Positions 8,824 to 19,695 of a stretch of DNA of 64,000 nucleotides are shown one piece after another; within the stretch, counting starts at the first letter, position 1, and each line of letters begins with the position of its first letter. The notes beneath the pieces were generated by a model. The model did no database searches. It was not told where the DNA came from and saw only the letters and a list, made by a program, of their open reading frames with translations. A program made the translations under genes and the position numbers. The stretch is from positions 1 to 64,000 of IMG/VR virus record IMGVR_UViG_3300044557_000104; one strand, given 5' to 3'. This stretch comes from a virus (Duplodnaviria > Caudoviricetes).

Positions 8824-10021
8824 AATATCCTACCTCTAATCTGTGCTTATCTAGGTTGTCAAGGAAAAATTGTTTTAAGTCTTCAAACTCCACGTTATCT
8901 ACATGCTCACTCCTTTTCTCTGGAAGGATTCTAGAGCTGTGCTTTAAACAAGATAAAACAGCATATGCAAACTTATCTCTGTGCTTAGCAGCGTATTCCT
9001 TATTTGATAAATATGAGTATTCCTCTTTAAGATAAGTAAAGTATTCTTTATAGCTATCAATAAATTTAAATACCTTTAAGAAATTATCATGTAGTGCTTC
9101 ATGGTCTTTTACTATAGACTCAATATCATCCCAACTATCATCAAAATAAGTATTAACCATTGTTTGCAACTTGGCTACTGTATCAGGAGATCCAAAGAAC
9201 ATGGTATGGTTATAAAACTTCTCTAAATACTCGGAGGTCTTAACTTTAATTCGTTGACCATCATTATACTTGATAACCCAACCTTCTACATCATGAGCTG
9301 TCTTTGCTAATTCTGTAATATCTTTAATTTTAAAATCAGAATAATTCTTTGGCATATACAACTCTAAGTTAGGAAGTTCTCCATTCTTTAATAGCCATTT
9401 TGCAAATAAATGTTTAACTTCTCCCCAGCTTAACTCGTAATGGATCTTTTTGTCATATATCCCATGAATCCACAACTTGTAGTCATTACCATAATACTCT
9501 ACAAGTTGATTATCTTTAGAGGTTAACTCCGTGTAGAATACATATCGTTTGTGCTCATACAGAAATTGTCTCCACTCACGCCCCTCAACAGTAGCATTAG
9601 TTAAGAAATGTCGTGGATAAGAAAACATATCTGAGTTTACCGCTCCAGTTGTTCCATAAAGAAACTGATACTGGTCATCATAAGTATAGTTAACTAATGA
9701 GCCATCAATTTTCTCTAAAATCGCTTGTGGTTCCTCTGGTTCTAAATGGGACAATTTAATTGTTTCTTTAGACAAATCATCTCGATCATCTAATTGGTTG
9801 AGATTAAAGAATTTAGAGTAAGGTTTAATAATAATATTGCTATCTTCATCTAAGATTAATCCACGTGCTTGTCGATACAAGGGGTTATCCCAATCTACAC
9901 CTTGGTGAGCATATTTAATAGCATAGAGATGCAGATCTTCATTTTCATTAATAATGATGTCATGATTCTTATCTCTAAGTTCTCGATACTGATCCAATAA
10001 TTTCATCATTTCCATCCTCAT
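8816..10021 (-). CDS. T4 Rnl1-type RNA ligase
   Basis: ARGLI, KFFNLN, EKIDGSL (motif I), EGWVI, RIKVKT.EYL. Confidence 0.9.
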   Translation of the reverse strand: MRMEMMKLLDQYRELRDKNHDIIINENEDLHLYAIKYAHQGVDWDNPLYRQARGLILDEDSNIIIKPYSKFFNLNQLDDRDDLSKETIKLSHLEPEEPQAILEKIDGSLVNYTYDDQYQFLYGTTGAVNSDMFSYPRHFLTNATVEGREWRQFLYEHKRYVFYTELTSKDNQLVEYYGNDYKLWIHGIYDKKIHYELSWGEVKHLFAKWLLKNGELPNLELYMPKNYSDFKIKDITELAKTAHDVEGWVIKYNDGQRIKVKTSEYLEKFYNHTMFFGSPDTVAKLQTMVNTYFDDSWDDIESIVKDHEALHDNFLKVFKFIDSYKEYFTYLKEEYSYLSNKEYAAKHRDKFAYAVLSCLKHSSRILPEKRSEHVDNVEFEDLKQFFLDNLDKHRLEVGYFE

Positions 10022-10305
10022 CTTTCATTCCAATAGTTGGCAATAATATCAGGATCATCTGGGTTTCTCATATCTTCTAAGATACTACGCAGTTTTTGAG
10101 CTTCCTCACGATAAGTTTGTGCCTTTTCTTTATCTAAAGTAGTATCTTTAGTCTTCTTACCTAAGCGTCTTTCATACTTATCTGCATTGATCTCACAAAA
10201 TCCAATTGCCCATTCCATTGGGTACTTACCAGTTTCCATATCCCAAAAAATATCGTGTCCTGATTCACCTTTATAATAATCTGGTCTAATTGCCATTAAT
10301 GCCAT
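10018..10305 (-). CDS. DUF3310-like protein
   Basis: PDYY...GFC..N..KY..R.GKK...D..KA..Y pattern. Confidence 0.65.
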   Translation of the reverse strand: MALMAIRPDYYKGESGHDIFWDMETGKYPMEWAIGFCEINADKYERRLGKKTKDTTLDKEKAQTYREEAQKLRSILEDMRNPDDPDIIANYWNER

Positions 10306-10423
10306 CCTCTTCCATAGATAAAACTTTTTAATTGCTCTGGATATTCAAATATTATGTATATTAATCCTAATGCAAGGACTATGAGTAATAAATATCCAAA
10401 GAATACTTCAACCTTTTCTAACA

Positions 10424-10954
10424 TCACAAGTTGTCCTTTACCTGCTGCGTCTCATGCAATACTGTTTCTACCTTTTGCATAGCCTGTACTAGTTCATCAT
10501 ATTGTGCTAAGAAGATGTCATAGTTAGCATTTAGATAGCGGACATTAGCATGTGGACTGGTCATACGCTTTAAGGTATCACCCATGCTTTCAACTACATC
10601 AGCAGTGTTTTGGGCTAACCAACGTTTCTTAGCTACTGCTAACTCATTCATAGCATCTACTACAGATACCTTAACTTCTGGGATCACCTTAGCATTCTTA
10701 CTATCTAATTCTGTCTCACTTGCATCTTTGCCAAACACAGTTACAATTTCTTGACTACGTGGATTAGTAATTACTACAATATCATTTAACCGATACTTAC
10801 TATTACCATTATCCTGTTTCTCAACAAAAGTAGCTTGACTAAGCAATCGTGTTAACCACTTGTCTAGTTCAGCACCTGTGATATTAAACCGTGTTAAAAT
10901 ACGATTCTTAGCATGTGCATTAACTGTGTATGCTTGATAATTCTTAACTGCCAA
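10424..10954 (-). CDS. hypothetical protein
   Basis: ORF with own TG-TATAAT-type promoter upstream; HA..R...R motif. Confidence 0.75.
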   Translation of the reverse strand: MAVKNYQAYTVNAHAKNRILTRFNITGAELDKWLTRLLSQATFVEKQDNGNSKYRLNDIVVITNPRSQEIVTVFGKDASETELDSKNAKVIPEVKVSVVDAMNELAVAKKRWLAQNTADVVESMGDTLKRMTSPHANVRYLNANYDIFLAQYDELVQAMQKVETVLHETQQVKDNL

Positions 10955-11058
10955 AACTCATTACCTTCTTTCCTTAATATCTAAATTATACTACAATTAT
11001 GGTTTGCAATCAATAATAAATTAAAAAAGATACCTCCATTTAAGGAGTATCTCTTCAT

Positions 11059-11757
11059 TTAATCCCACCATCCATCTAGGTGTTCTGCAATTTGTTTATG
11101 CGCCAAATAATAATTAGAAGGTTCAGTTCCTTCTGGTTCTTTAACCCATAAGAGACTAACTACATCTTCTAATTCCTTAACCATCTTATTAGCCCCTTCA
11201 TCAGCTTCTGCGCCACAGTAGTACTTGGAGAAGGCAACATAATGTAAGAAGTTAGCAAGGGCGTTCCAGTGTTCCTCACGGTAGTTATCAAACACTTTAG
11301 TCAAAGTATCATAATTATTTTGTTGCATATCCTCAATAGTTTGCAGATAGGCGTTATTTTCAAAGTCAGACCAGTTTTTAAAGGCTTGCTTAGCTTTTTG
11401 ATATGCTTCTTTATCTGGTCGTAAGATCAAATACATAAAACGATAGATATATACTTGGTCATACCACGGGCATTTTTTAAGTAACTTGTGTACCCGTTTA
11501 GTAGTAAAGTATGGATCAATCGCTTTAATAGATTTAACTAAATCAGACTTGATAACCTGCTTTTGACTCCAATCCTCATAGTACTCATATCCAATTCTGC
11601 CATGTTGCTTTTGCTTCTTAATTTCATTATGAATATCTGCTTTCCAGTCATCAATGTCTTTATCAACTGGATCAAGCCACCCAGAATGATAGCCATTAGC
11701 TGGAATTAAGTTAATTTCATCATGATCCTGTTGCATTTTATCCCAATTATAATCCAT
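11059..11757 (-). CDS. hypothetical protein
   Basis: 232-aa ORF followed by a terminator hairpin near 11025-11055. Confidence 0.8.
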   Translation of the reverse strand: MDYNWDKMQQDHDEINLIPANGYHSGWLDPVDKDIDDWKADIHNEIKKQKQHGRIGYEYYEDWSQKQVIKSDLVKSIKAIDPYFTTKRVHKLLKKCPWYDQVYIYRFMYLILRPDKEAYQKAKQAFKNWSDFENNAYLQTIEDMQQNNYDTLTKVFDNYREEHWNALANFLHYVAFSKYYCGAEADEGANKMVKELEDVVSLLWVKEPEGTEPSNYYLAHKQIAEHLDGWWD

Positions 11758-11805
11758 ATTCTAACCTCGCGCTTTCTTAATTGATTTAATTAGTGCATTA
11801 ATGTA

Positions 11806-11951
11806 GTCAACTACTCGGCAATAAATTACCGAGCTTGTAACTCATGCCCCTAACGGGGCAGTAGTGCAAACGTCCTAAAGACTCCTACCAAAGTGGTTAC
11901 ATCATCGGGTGGTTGACAACACCCGTTTAGCAATCAGAGTATATCCAATTG
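11806..11951 (-). ncRNA. TnpB omega-RNA scaffold (right end)
   Basis: GGGTG-TTGTCAAC-CACCC hairpin whose GTCAAC can pair with terminal GTTGAC; lies between tnpB stop and RE. Confidence 0.7.
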
Positions 11952-13178
11952 TTATTCTTGATTAGAGATTACTTGCTGGAACGTGATTGGTTTATCAGTT
12001 ACCCAGTTCGTGCCTAAAAGTTGAATATTAATAGCTCCGATACGGTCATCATTACTGGTGTAACCGCAATGCTCACAGTGATATTCATGCTTAGCATGGT
12101 TACGAGCTTGTTTATCAACAATGCCACATTTAGGACAACGCTGACTAGTGTAATGAGCGTCAATCTTAACTACGGTTGAACCTTGAAGTTCAGCTTTATA
12201 GGTTAGAAATTGTTCAAACTGGTAAAATGCCCAACTAACCTGCTCATAACGGTTGTGTTTAGCAACCTTTTCGGTTGCAAACCGTACATTAGTTAAATCT
12301 TCAATTGTAAATACTGTACCACTGCCATATTTATCAACGAGTGTCTTAGTAACTTGATGATTAATGTCACTCATCCAGCGGTTTTCTCGTTGATTGATAG
12401 CTTTCAGTCTACGCTTAGCAGACTTAGTGCCCTTACTCTGCAATTGTTGACGTAATCGTTTGTACTTGCGCCGTTTAGCAATAATATTTTTGCCTGAAAC
12501 AAAGGAAGTGGTGCCTTTTTCATCATAAGCAGTTGATAGGAAACGTAACCCTCTGTCAATACCAACTACATGCTTAAGATTATCCTTATTAAACTGAGGA
12601 TTATCTAAAGTGCAAGCAACATGTAAAAAGTAGTGACCGCAAGATTTAACTAACTTAGCAGTACCCAATTTGCCTTTATCCAGATACTTTTCAAAGCCCT
12701 TAGCAATAAAACTCATCTTTTCTCTAGTACCAATGGTATTGATAGAAAGTTGGTTTTTAACAAAAGACCAATCTCTAACAGATACTAAGTCACATTGAGG
12801 ACGACTGAACTGAATAGGCTTTTGCAACCAGTCAAGATTACGCTTAACTGAAACCCACTTTCCAGACTTTGAATCTAGATACTTATAAGGTTTCCTTCTT
12901 AGTTGAGTATTAACAGTCTTGTATCTAGCCAAGACTGTTTTAAAACTTGATTGAGTCATTTGTGCTTTAAGCCCAAAGGTGTCACGTACTAAGTGGTATA
13001 ATGATTTCTGTAAGTCACTTTGTTTTAGCTTAAAATCATGCTCAAAATAGTAAGTAGATACTAAATTACATGCTAATTGATATTGTTCCATAGTGGCTTC
13101 AAGTAAATTAGCTTGGTTATTATTTGGATATAAACGTAGTTTTAAAGTAATAGTTGTCATAGCTTCACCTTCTTTCAC
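11952..13178 (-). CDS. tnpB: RNA-guided endonuclease TnpB (IS200/IS605 type)
   Basis: LRLYP HTH; RuvC D (GIDRG), E (IEDL), D (DDRIGA); CxxC...CxxC zinc finger. Confidence 0.95.
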   Translation of the reverse strand: MKEGEAMTTITLKLRLYPNNNQANLLEATMEQYQLACNLVSTYYFEHDFKLKQSDLQKSLYHLVRDTFGLKAQMTQSSFKTVLARYKTVNTQLRRKPYKYLDSKSGKWVSVKRNLDWLQKPIQFSRPQCDLVSVRDWSFVKNQLSINTIGTREKMSFIAKGFEKYLDKGKLGTAKLVKSCGHYFLHVACTLDNPQFNKDNLKHVVGIDRGLRFLSTAYDEKGTTSFVSGKNIIAKRRKYKRLRQQLQSKGTKSAKRRLKAINQRENRWMSDINHQVTKTLVDKYGSGTVFTIEDLTNVRFATEKVAKHNRYEQVSWAFYQFEQFLTYKAELQGSTVVKIDAHYTSQRCPKCGIVDKQARNHAKHEYHCEHCGYTSNDDRIGAINIQLLGTNWVTDKPITFQQVISNQE

Positions 13179-13297
13179 TATTAATAGTATAACACTTATT
13201 TAGTGAAATAGCCAATATTTATAACAATATTTTAGAAAAGAGGTGAGTTGCTCAAGACGACGATTCCTATCGGCACTAAAGTACCGAGTTTCCTCAT

Positions 13298-13909
13298 CTA
13301 GCAACTCTTATGAATATCCTCAATACCAATATGATTTGGTTTATAATCCACATTGAATAACTTAGAAATATTTTCTAGTGAAACTCCACCGGGATTAATC
13401 ATCTCACTAATAGTCCGCTCAATGTCTTGTAACACCACAGGAACAATTTCGTCACTGCTATGATAAAGTGACTTAGCCTGTTCATTAAATGTCTTTACAT
13501 CAGTGTTAGCTCCATATGAAATAATGGGTGATCGTTTAATCTTATCCCGTAGTACCCAAGAACTAAACTTAGTAAATAAATCATTGTAATTACGTGATCG
13601 TAAGATATCTAATGGAATCCCACATTTCTTTACTGTATTAACTGTATTAGAATCTTTAACTCTAGGACTCATCACCCACATGTTAAATTGATCTGTCTTT
13701 TTACCTTTTTCATAGTACTCTGCTGAAATATTTACTGGAACCTGTGCTGTTTTATTACTACTAATATTTTCTGTAGCATATTCCATATCCACAATTGTGT
13801 AGTTCGTCATATGGTCTAATGTTACTGTTTCCATCGGTGTTGATAATAGTTTTGCTGTTCTTACTGTTTTCAATATAAATACCCCTTTTCCATAGTTATA
13901 TATTACCAC
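13298..13909 (-). pseudogene. DEDD 3'-5' exonuclease-like gene, C-terminus displaced by IS insertion (last 14 codons and stop at 11761..11805)
   Basis: VDMEY (ExoI), YG.NTD (ExoII), H.G.ED (ExoIII); in-frame continuation YINALIKSIKKARG* beyond the element. Confidence 0.7.
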
Positions 13910-13930
13910 TGGGAAGGGGGCATTTCAACA

Positions 13931-14425
13931 CTAATATTTAATTTCTTCTCGTGTTACTAAAAATCCTTTAACTTCATAAGCACCCTTTTGAAGATTAGTG
14001 CTTATCTCACCACGTGACACGCTCACATACTTTGAGACTGCATCTAAACTATCTTTGTCTTCACGGTGCCCATCTTTAAAAGCATGGTACTTATACTTCT
14101 TATTCCACACCTTAATCCCATGTGAGTGGCAATAATCAGATATAGATTTACCCGGAATTTTCATCTTTGCCCCAATTTCTACAGGGGTAAGTTTTTTATT
14201 AACATAATACTTGAGCTTATCAATATTGCCCTCGTTAATATAGTTTGGGTGAATCTTATATCCTTTTCGCCTTTGAGAACTGCTCTTATAAAGCAACTTA
14301 CCCTGCTTAATAATAGCTTGGCAAATTGGGCACTCATCTACCTTATGTCCCTCATAGTCCTGCACAACATGCTGTGAAAACCCTAAATCATATAGGGTAT
14401 CTAGTGATACTTCCTCCTTAATCAT
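13931..14425 (-). CDS. putative DNA-binding (HTH-like) protein
   Basis: LTPVEIGAKMKIPGKSISDY HTH-like segment; CPIC motif. Confidence 0.55.
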   Translation of the reverse strand: MIKEEVSLDTLYDLGFSQHVVQDYEGHKVDECPICQAIIKQGKLLYKSSSQRRKGYKIHPNYINEGNIDKLKYYVNKKLTPVEIGAKMKIPGKSISDYCHSHGIKVWNKKYKYHAFKDGHREDKDSLDAVSKYVSVSRGEISTNLQKGAYEVKGFLVTREEIKY

Positions 14426-14434
14426 TATATCCTC

Positions 14435-14743
14435 CTAGTTTACATTATATTTCTTAATTTTAGTAGGTTGAAATCCTCCCCAGAACTCAACCATGTTGCC
14501 TTCATCATCTAATGCTTTAACCAATGGCATCTGGTGGATATTATACTTGCTCTTAATATCTTCCACCTTTTGTTCACTCCATTGACGTTTAGCATCATCT
14601 TTACTCTCTAAGTCTAATTGGTTAGTTTGAGATTCGTCCCCATAGTAGTTATCTACATATGGGATCCCTAACTGTTTTACCAAAGCTACCGTCATCTTAC
14701 ATTGCACACAATTTGTCTTTGTGTAAATTACTAAATGCACCAT
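14435..14743 (-). CDS. nrdH: NrdH-like glutaredoxin
   Basis: YTKTNCVQCKMT, MPLV, WGGFQP. Confidence 0.88.
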   Translation of the reverse strand: MVHLVIYTKTNCVQCKMTVALVKQLGIPYVDNYYGDESQTNQLDLESKDDAKRQWSEQKVEDIKSKYNIHQMPLVKALDDEGNMVEFWGGFQPTKIKKYNVN

Positions 14744-14860
14744 TTCTCCCTCTTTCTACCACCAGTTATGCTGATCACCATAGTTTAGTAACAGGTGACT
14801 TATAAAAACTATTAGTAGAAGCAAAAGTACGCCTATTACATTCCCCATGATACCACACCT

Positions 14861-17800
14861 TTAGTTTAAATTGTACTTATTATCTATTGCTTTCATCTTT
14901 ATTTCATATTCATTTTCTAATTTCTGCTTCTCATCCAAATCATCAGTACTCTTAATCTGGGGGCCAAGTATGATATCAACATTTTTCCGTTCCACAGCCA
15001 GTTTGTAATAAGCATCAATCCCTATCTTATTGAAGATATCAGGTTCCCAATCAAATCCATCTCCATAACTGCGACCCCATTCTACATTGGCAATTAGAGG
15101 GAAACGGAACTGAGTATCTGATATCTTGTATTTATCGTCTACCTTTAATGTAGGAAAATCAGCTAAATTTAAGATGAAATTATTAATTGGTAAATGTTCC
15201 ATAATCGCCTTAACCAACGCTGGGACTGTCTTAATTTCATCTGGGTGTACATCTAATACCAGTGAGTCATGTACAGTATTAACTAGTTTAGACTTAAACT
15301 TATACTTACGTAAAGCGTTCCGTACTAAGATTACTGCATTGTTAGTACAGTAGGCGCCAGACCCTTGAATAACTGCATTGAATGACTGTCGGAGTGAACG
15401 TGACTTTAGTCGTCTGTCCCCACCTTTAGCATCTGGCAATCTACGAGTATGCCCACTAATAGTTTCTACATATCCATAACGAGATGCAAAGTCCTCAGTT
15501 AACTTAATTGCCTTTTTAAGTTGTGGCATAGCCCCTAGAACCTTTTCCATAATTCTATTAGCTTCGTCAATATCAATTCCTAGTGTATCTGCAAGCCCCA
15601 TTTCAGATTCTCCATAGAGGGAGCCAAAGCCCACCGATTTCGCTGCGAACCTCTGTTTGTCTGTTACATCTTCGGGATTCACGCCAAAAGCGATACTTGC
15701 ATTTCTACGGTGAATATCGGCACCGTCCATTAGAGATTGCATTAAATTAACATCTTTTGATACTAATGCTGCCACAAAGATTTCCAGACTCTTGTAATCC
15801 ACATTAATAATAATACCATCATCAAATCGTGAGGTAAACAATCCCTTAATGGGGTAATCATAATACATACTATTAGGGTCATGAGTAGGCTTAGGAATGT
15901 TTTGGCTGTTCGGGCTGGTTGCAGATAAGCGGCTCGTAGGCGTTCCAGTGGGGATATAGTTAGGGTGTAGCATGTGGTTACTATCCATGAATCCCGGATA
16001 AGAGTTAATAACAGATGATATAATCTTATTTACCTGTGCATATTCAATTAGGTTTTTAGCTAGTGGATCATTATACTGTTTGAATATATATGGTAATGCC
16101 TTATCCTTATCTGCTTTAAAGTCACTCCATACTAATTTTTCTGGGTGAGATAACTTATTTCCTGCAGCTACTTTAGGAAGTACATAATCCTTTTCTGGTG
16201 GAAGTTCATACCCTAATTGGTGATATAGAATATATGCTTTCTTTGTACTTGAGGATGGTTTAAATTTCCACTTAGGAGTTCCATCTGTATCTTTACCCAT
16301 GAGCTTAGCTTTTTCCTTAATGAATGCTAATTCCTCATCTGTTCTATCCACTGGTTTAATGCTTAGTAACTCATGACGCTTCTGTAAATCAGCTAAGTTT
16401 TTGTTTTCATACTCCTTAATCTCTGGAGTAGAATCATACATTTCTTTTGTAATAGTTTCTAACATTCCATTATATGCTTTATCATACTTCTGGAACTTAT
16501 CCCATGACATATTAAATCCATTGTGTGATACAAAGGCTAAACTATCTACTAACTTGGGATAGAAATTAAACACTAGATTATGCCATGAATCCTTCTTATC
16601 AACTTGCTTTAAAAAGATATGGTAGAGTTGCAAGGTCACATCAGTATCAGCCGCAGCATACTTATATAACACATCAATTGGAATCCACTCAAAGTTTAAT
16701 TTACTATTGTCAACATCATTTAGTGGTGGAACATAATGACTTTTAGCAGGTTTCTTTGGTTTCTTAGACTTACCTGTCTCTGCATTCTCTTTATCCATCT
16801 CTTCAATTAAACGTTGTTCTTCTTTTTCATACCAAGCATCATAATCTTGCTTTAGATAGTTATCAAAGAACACATCACGATCATTTTCATACCCACCCAT
16901 ATCAGTATACATATAAGCTAAATGCTTCAAACCTTTTTGAGCTTTAGGGTTCTCCTGTCTAATTACATAATACATAAGCAAAGAATCAGCACAGTTTTGT
17001 GTATATTCTAGCCCATAGATATTCATTAGCATGGTAGTATCATAAATCCCATTATGTAGAACTTTTGGTTGTGGTGACATAAACAACTTTTTAATGTGGT
17101 CAATGATATAGTCAAACTCTTCTTTAGTCCATAAATCAGGATATAACTTATGCTCTAGTGGAATTGAAATACCTTGGTGTTCTTTCCATGACACTGATAA
17201 CATAATAGCTTTAGCACCATCTAAGTAGGTTTGAACCGTATTAGTTTCAAAATCCAATGCCAGTAATCCTTGCTTCGGTAGTGTCTCCTGAAACAATACC
17301 TTAACATCATCAAAGTCTGTTAACATTTTATACTTACCAAAGGCTGGAGTAACCTCACTTCCCTCACCCTTAATAAAGCGATTGACCATTCTGTTTTCAA
17401 TTAAGATTCTGTCTTGATCATTATACCCTAGATAGTTTAATCGTGTTAACGCTGGATTAAGTGAGATATATGGTTGATAATCGTCTGAAATTTTTAATTG
17501 TTGTAGTTCAAACTCAGATGAACTTACCCCATAAGCCTTAATCAATGGGTTATTTGCTTCTGCACCATATGATACAATAATATCTGGTTTGTGTTCTAAC
17601 ACATAGTTTTTAAACGCTTCTAATATTTCTGTCTTATACTTAGCTTTAATTTTACTTGGGTTAACCACTTTGTCATAAAAGAAGTACATGTCAAAGTCTA
17701 CATTGGAAATATCAATTGCTTTATGCAACCCATCTCGCATGATTGTTGATGACTTACGATAAATCTTTTTGATATTCTTACCAACTTCACTCTTGTAGAA

Positions 17801-17875
17801 GTTAAGAGTTACCTCTCCACCCTTAACATCAAACATATCCTCCCTCAGATAGTCAACCAATACTAATAGTTTCAC
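14861..17875 (-). CDS. family A DNA polymerase with 3'-5' exonuclease
   Basis: DFET, HNG.YD, YAAAD exo motifs; T.TSRLS..PNSQN, DYKSLE, R..AKSVGFG.LYG, VHDS polymerase motifs. Confidence 0.96.
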   Translation of the reverse strand: MKLLVLVDYLREDMFDVKGGEVTLNFYKSEVGKNIKKIYRKSSTIMRDGLHKAIDISNVDFDMYFFYDKVVNPSKIKAKYKTEILEAFKNYVLEHKPDIIVSYGAEANNPLIKAYGVSSSEFELQQLKISDDYQPYISLNPALTRLNYLGYNDQDRILIENRMVNRFIKGEGSEVTPAFGKYKMLTDFDDVKVLFQETLPKQGLLALDFETNTVQTYLDGAKAIMLSVSWKEHQGISIPLEHKLYPDLWTKEEFDYIIDHIKKLFMSPQPKVLHNGIYDTTMLMNIYGLEYTQNCADSLLMYYVIRQENPKAQKGLKHLAYMYTDMGGYENDRDVFFDNYLKQDYDAWYEKEEQRLIEEMDKENAETGKSKKPKKPAKSHYVPPLNDVDNSKLNFEWIPIDVLYKYAAADTDVTLQLYHIFLKQVDKKDSWHNLVFNFYPKLVDSLAFVSHNGFNMSWDKFQKYDKAYNGMLETITKEMYDSTPEIKEYENKNLADLQKRHELLSIKPVDRTDEELAFIKEKAKLMGKDTDGTPKWKFKPSSSTKKAYILYHQLGYELPPEKDYVLPKVAAGNKLSHPEKLVWSDFKADKDKALPYIFKQYNDPLAKNLIEYAQVNKIISSVINSYPGFMDSNHMLHPNYIPTGTPTSRLSATSPNSQNIPKPTHDPNSMYYDYPIKGLFTSRFDDGIIINVDYKSLEIFVAALVSKDVNLMQSLMDGADIHRRNASIAFGVNPEDVTDKQRFAAKSVGFGSLYGESEMGLADTLGIDIDEANRIMEKVLGAMPQLKKAIKLTEDFASRYGYVETISGHTRRLPDAKGGDRRLKSRSLRQSFNAVIQGSGAYCTNNAVILVRNALRKYKFKSKLVNTVHDSLVLDVHPDEIKTVPALVKAIMEHLPINNFILNLADFPTLKVDDKYKISDTQFRFPLIANVEWGRSYGDGFDWEPDIFNKIGIDAYYKLAVERKNVDIILGPQIKSTDDLDEKQKLENEYEIKMKAIDNKYNLN

Positions 17876-17892
17876 TTAGTATGCCCCTTTTC

Positions 17893-19689
17893 CTAGTCTA
17901 AAAATCCTTGTTCCTTATAGTATGATATCCGTGCCTTAGCATGTTTGAATAGGCTTTCAGATGTTCGATCTACTAAATCAAAGATGTAAACGTTCTGTTT
18001 CTCAGGCATAATCCGTAGCACACGTCCGATTCTTTGCAAAGTAGCGACATAACTCTTACTTGCGTCAACCATAACTAAATACTTTAGGTTTGGTATATCA
18101 ATACCAGTATCCCATATCTTTGTGCTAATTACAATAGGAATATTACCGGAAACAACACCTTTTCTAACTTCCTCACGTTCCTCTTCACTATTCATGCCTT
18201 GAATAAAGGCATAAGGTGTTCCTTTTGCTTTAACAAACTTCTCAATGTTTTCACCTTGGTGGATACTGTTGACAAAGATCAAGGTGGCCATCTTATCTTT
18301 ACGCTTAGCTAACCCATCTGCAAGTTCTGCAATTGTTTCATTACGAGAATCATTTTCAATTACACCTTGACGATAAGTTTCATTATAACGAGATAGATCA
18401 AGCATATAACGTGGTACTGGGTTGTCTCGTAAATATTGTTCTACCTTAGTATCTAAATCTGTAGGTGTGTTAATTGATAGCAACTTAATATGTGGTTTAG
18501 CACTATAACCAAGCTCAATCATATCCTTATTATCAACGCTTACTAAAATTCCACCTAAGATAGCTTTTATCTGGGTAAAACGTTCTGCATTCTTAGTTTC
18601 TAGACTACCAGTCATTCCCATACGTACACGAGCATTAGGCATATTCTTAAATACTTCTTGGTAGGAAGCTGATGCACAGGAATGACATTCATCACAGATA
18701 ACTGCACGTACAGAATCTAGGAACATAGTACCTTCCTCATACTTTTCAAAGCCTTTTTTATTTTTCTTACGCATGAGCTTTTCATACTTGCGCTTATAGG
18801 CTTTAAATACCTTGAGAGTTTCTTTATCATTAGGTACTTGCTGTGCTAAAGACATTAATGTTCGTTTGTCTTCCTGCTCATACTTATATTTAGGAGTAAA
18901 ACTATGAGCGAACATTTTTAAAGTGCTTAGTGCGTTATCACTACCCATGATCTTATCATAATAGGTAGTAGCAAAACGTTCTGTTAGCTTGTCATTAGCA
19001 CTAGTTAGTTTAATCTTAGGGTCTTTAATTGCAGATGCTAAGGTCTGGATACTAGCACATACAATTGGGTGATCTAAGTCCTTCTTACCATTACCCCAGA
19101 TACCAATCTTATCTTCCCCCAAATAACCACAAAAGTTATTATACAATTGCTCCATAATACTAGTACGAGGTGCAATAAATAGTAAATGCTCATCTTTATC
19201 AATTTCGTCTAATAAGTAGTTAAATAATACATAAGCAATAGCAGACTTACCAGCATTAGTACTATACTTAACAATTCCTCGTTGGTCATCAAATACTGCA
19301 TTAACCGCTTCTAACTGGTAATCACGTAGTTTAAGGGTTTTAAGGTCATAACCATCTTTAGACTCCATGACTAAATCATCAGGAACGCCCTCAGAGGGTC
19401 TCAGTGGCTCACCACGCATATCTTTCGGTTCAAGGGTAAGATTAGCAGGGTAGCTATGCAAAAGGTTCATAAGATCATCATATAACCCTGTGGGAACCCG
19501 TCTATGATCTATATCACACACTTTAATCCGTCCGTCCCAGATATGCTTCCTAAATAAAGCAGAATGAAAACGAGCTTGAGATAGTGGATTAAATTCCCGA
19601 TTAATCTTACCCATAATATCTTTTTCAATTGCTGGGGTTTCTCTATCAAACTCCAATTGAATATCTACATTGTCAATTAATAATTTCAT
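17893..19689 (-). CDS. superfamily 2 DNA helicase
   Basis: LRDYQ, TNAGKS, DECH, GMTGS, TGIDIP, QRIGRVLR. Confidence 0.93.
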   Translation of the reverse strand: MKLLIDNVDIQLEFDRETPAIEKDIMGKINREFNPLSQARFHSALFRKHIWDGRIKVCDIDHRRVPTGLYDDLMNLLHSYPANLTLEPKDMRGEPLRPSEGVPDDLVMESKDGYDLKTLKLRDYQLEAVNAVFDDQRGIVKYSTNAGKSAIAYVLFNYLLDEIDKDEHLLFIAPRTSIMEQLYNNFCGYLGEDKIGIWGNGKKDLDHPIVCASIQTLASAIKDPKIKLTSANDKLTERFATTYYDKIMGSDNALSTLKMFAHSFTPKYKYEQEDKRTLMSLAQQVPNDKETLKVFKAYKRKYEKLMRKKNKKGFEKYEEGTMFLDSVRAVICDECHSCASASYQEVFKNMPNARVRMGMTGSLETKNAERFTQIKAILGGILVSVDNKDMIELGYSAKPHIKLLSINTPTDLDTKVEQYLRDNPVPRYMLDLSRYNETYRQGVIENDSRNETIAELADGLAKRKDKMATLIFVNSIHQGENIEKFVKAKGTPYAFIQGMNSEEEREEVRKGVVSGNIPIVISTKIWDTGIDIPNLKYLVMVDASKSYVATLQRIGRVLRIMPEKQNVYIFDLVDRTSESLFKHAKARISYYKEQGFLD

Positions 19690-19695
19690 TATTAC

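Larger units (their letters stand above)
11806..13309 (-). mobile_element. non-autonomous IS200/IS605-family (tnpB-only) element inserted in an exonuclease gene
   Basis: LE hairpin CTCGGTACTTTAGTGCCGA and RE hairpin CTCGGTAATTTATTGCCGAG ending TAGTTGAC; inserted 3' of TTCAT; excision restores the reading frame. Confidence 0.88.

Noticed and set aside
11806-13309. IStron (group I intron + tnpB) that would splice out and restore the exonuclease
   Set aside because: Only about 130-150 nt lie between the left end and tnpB, and no P7 core elements were seen
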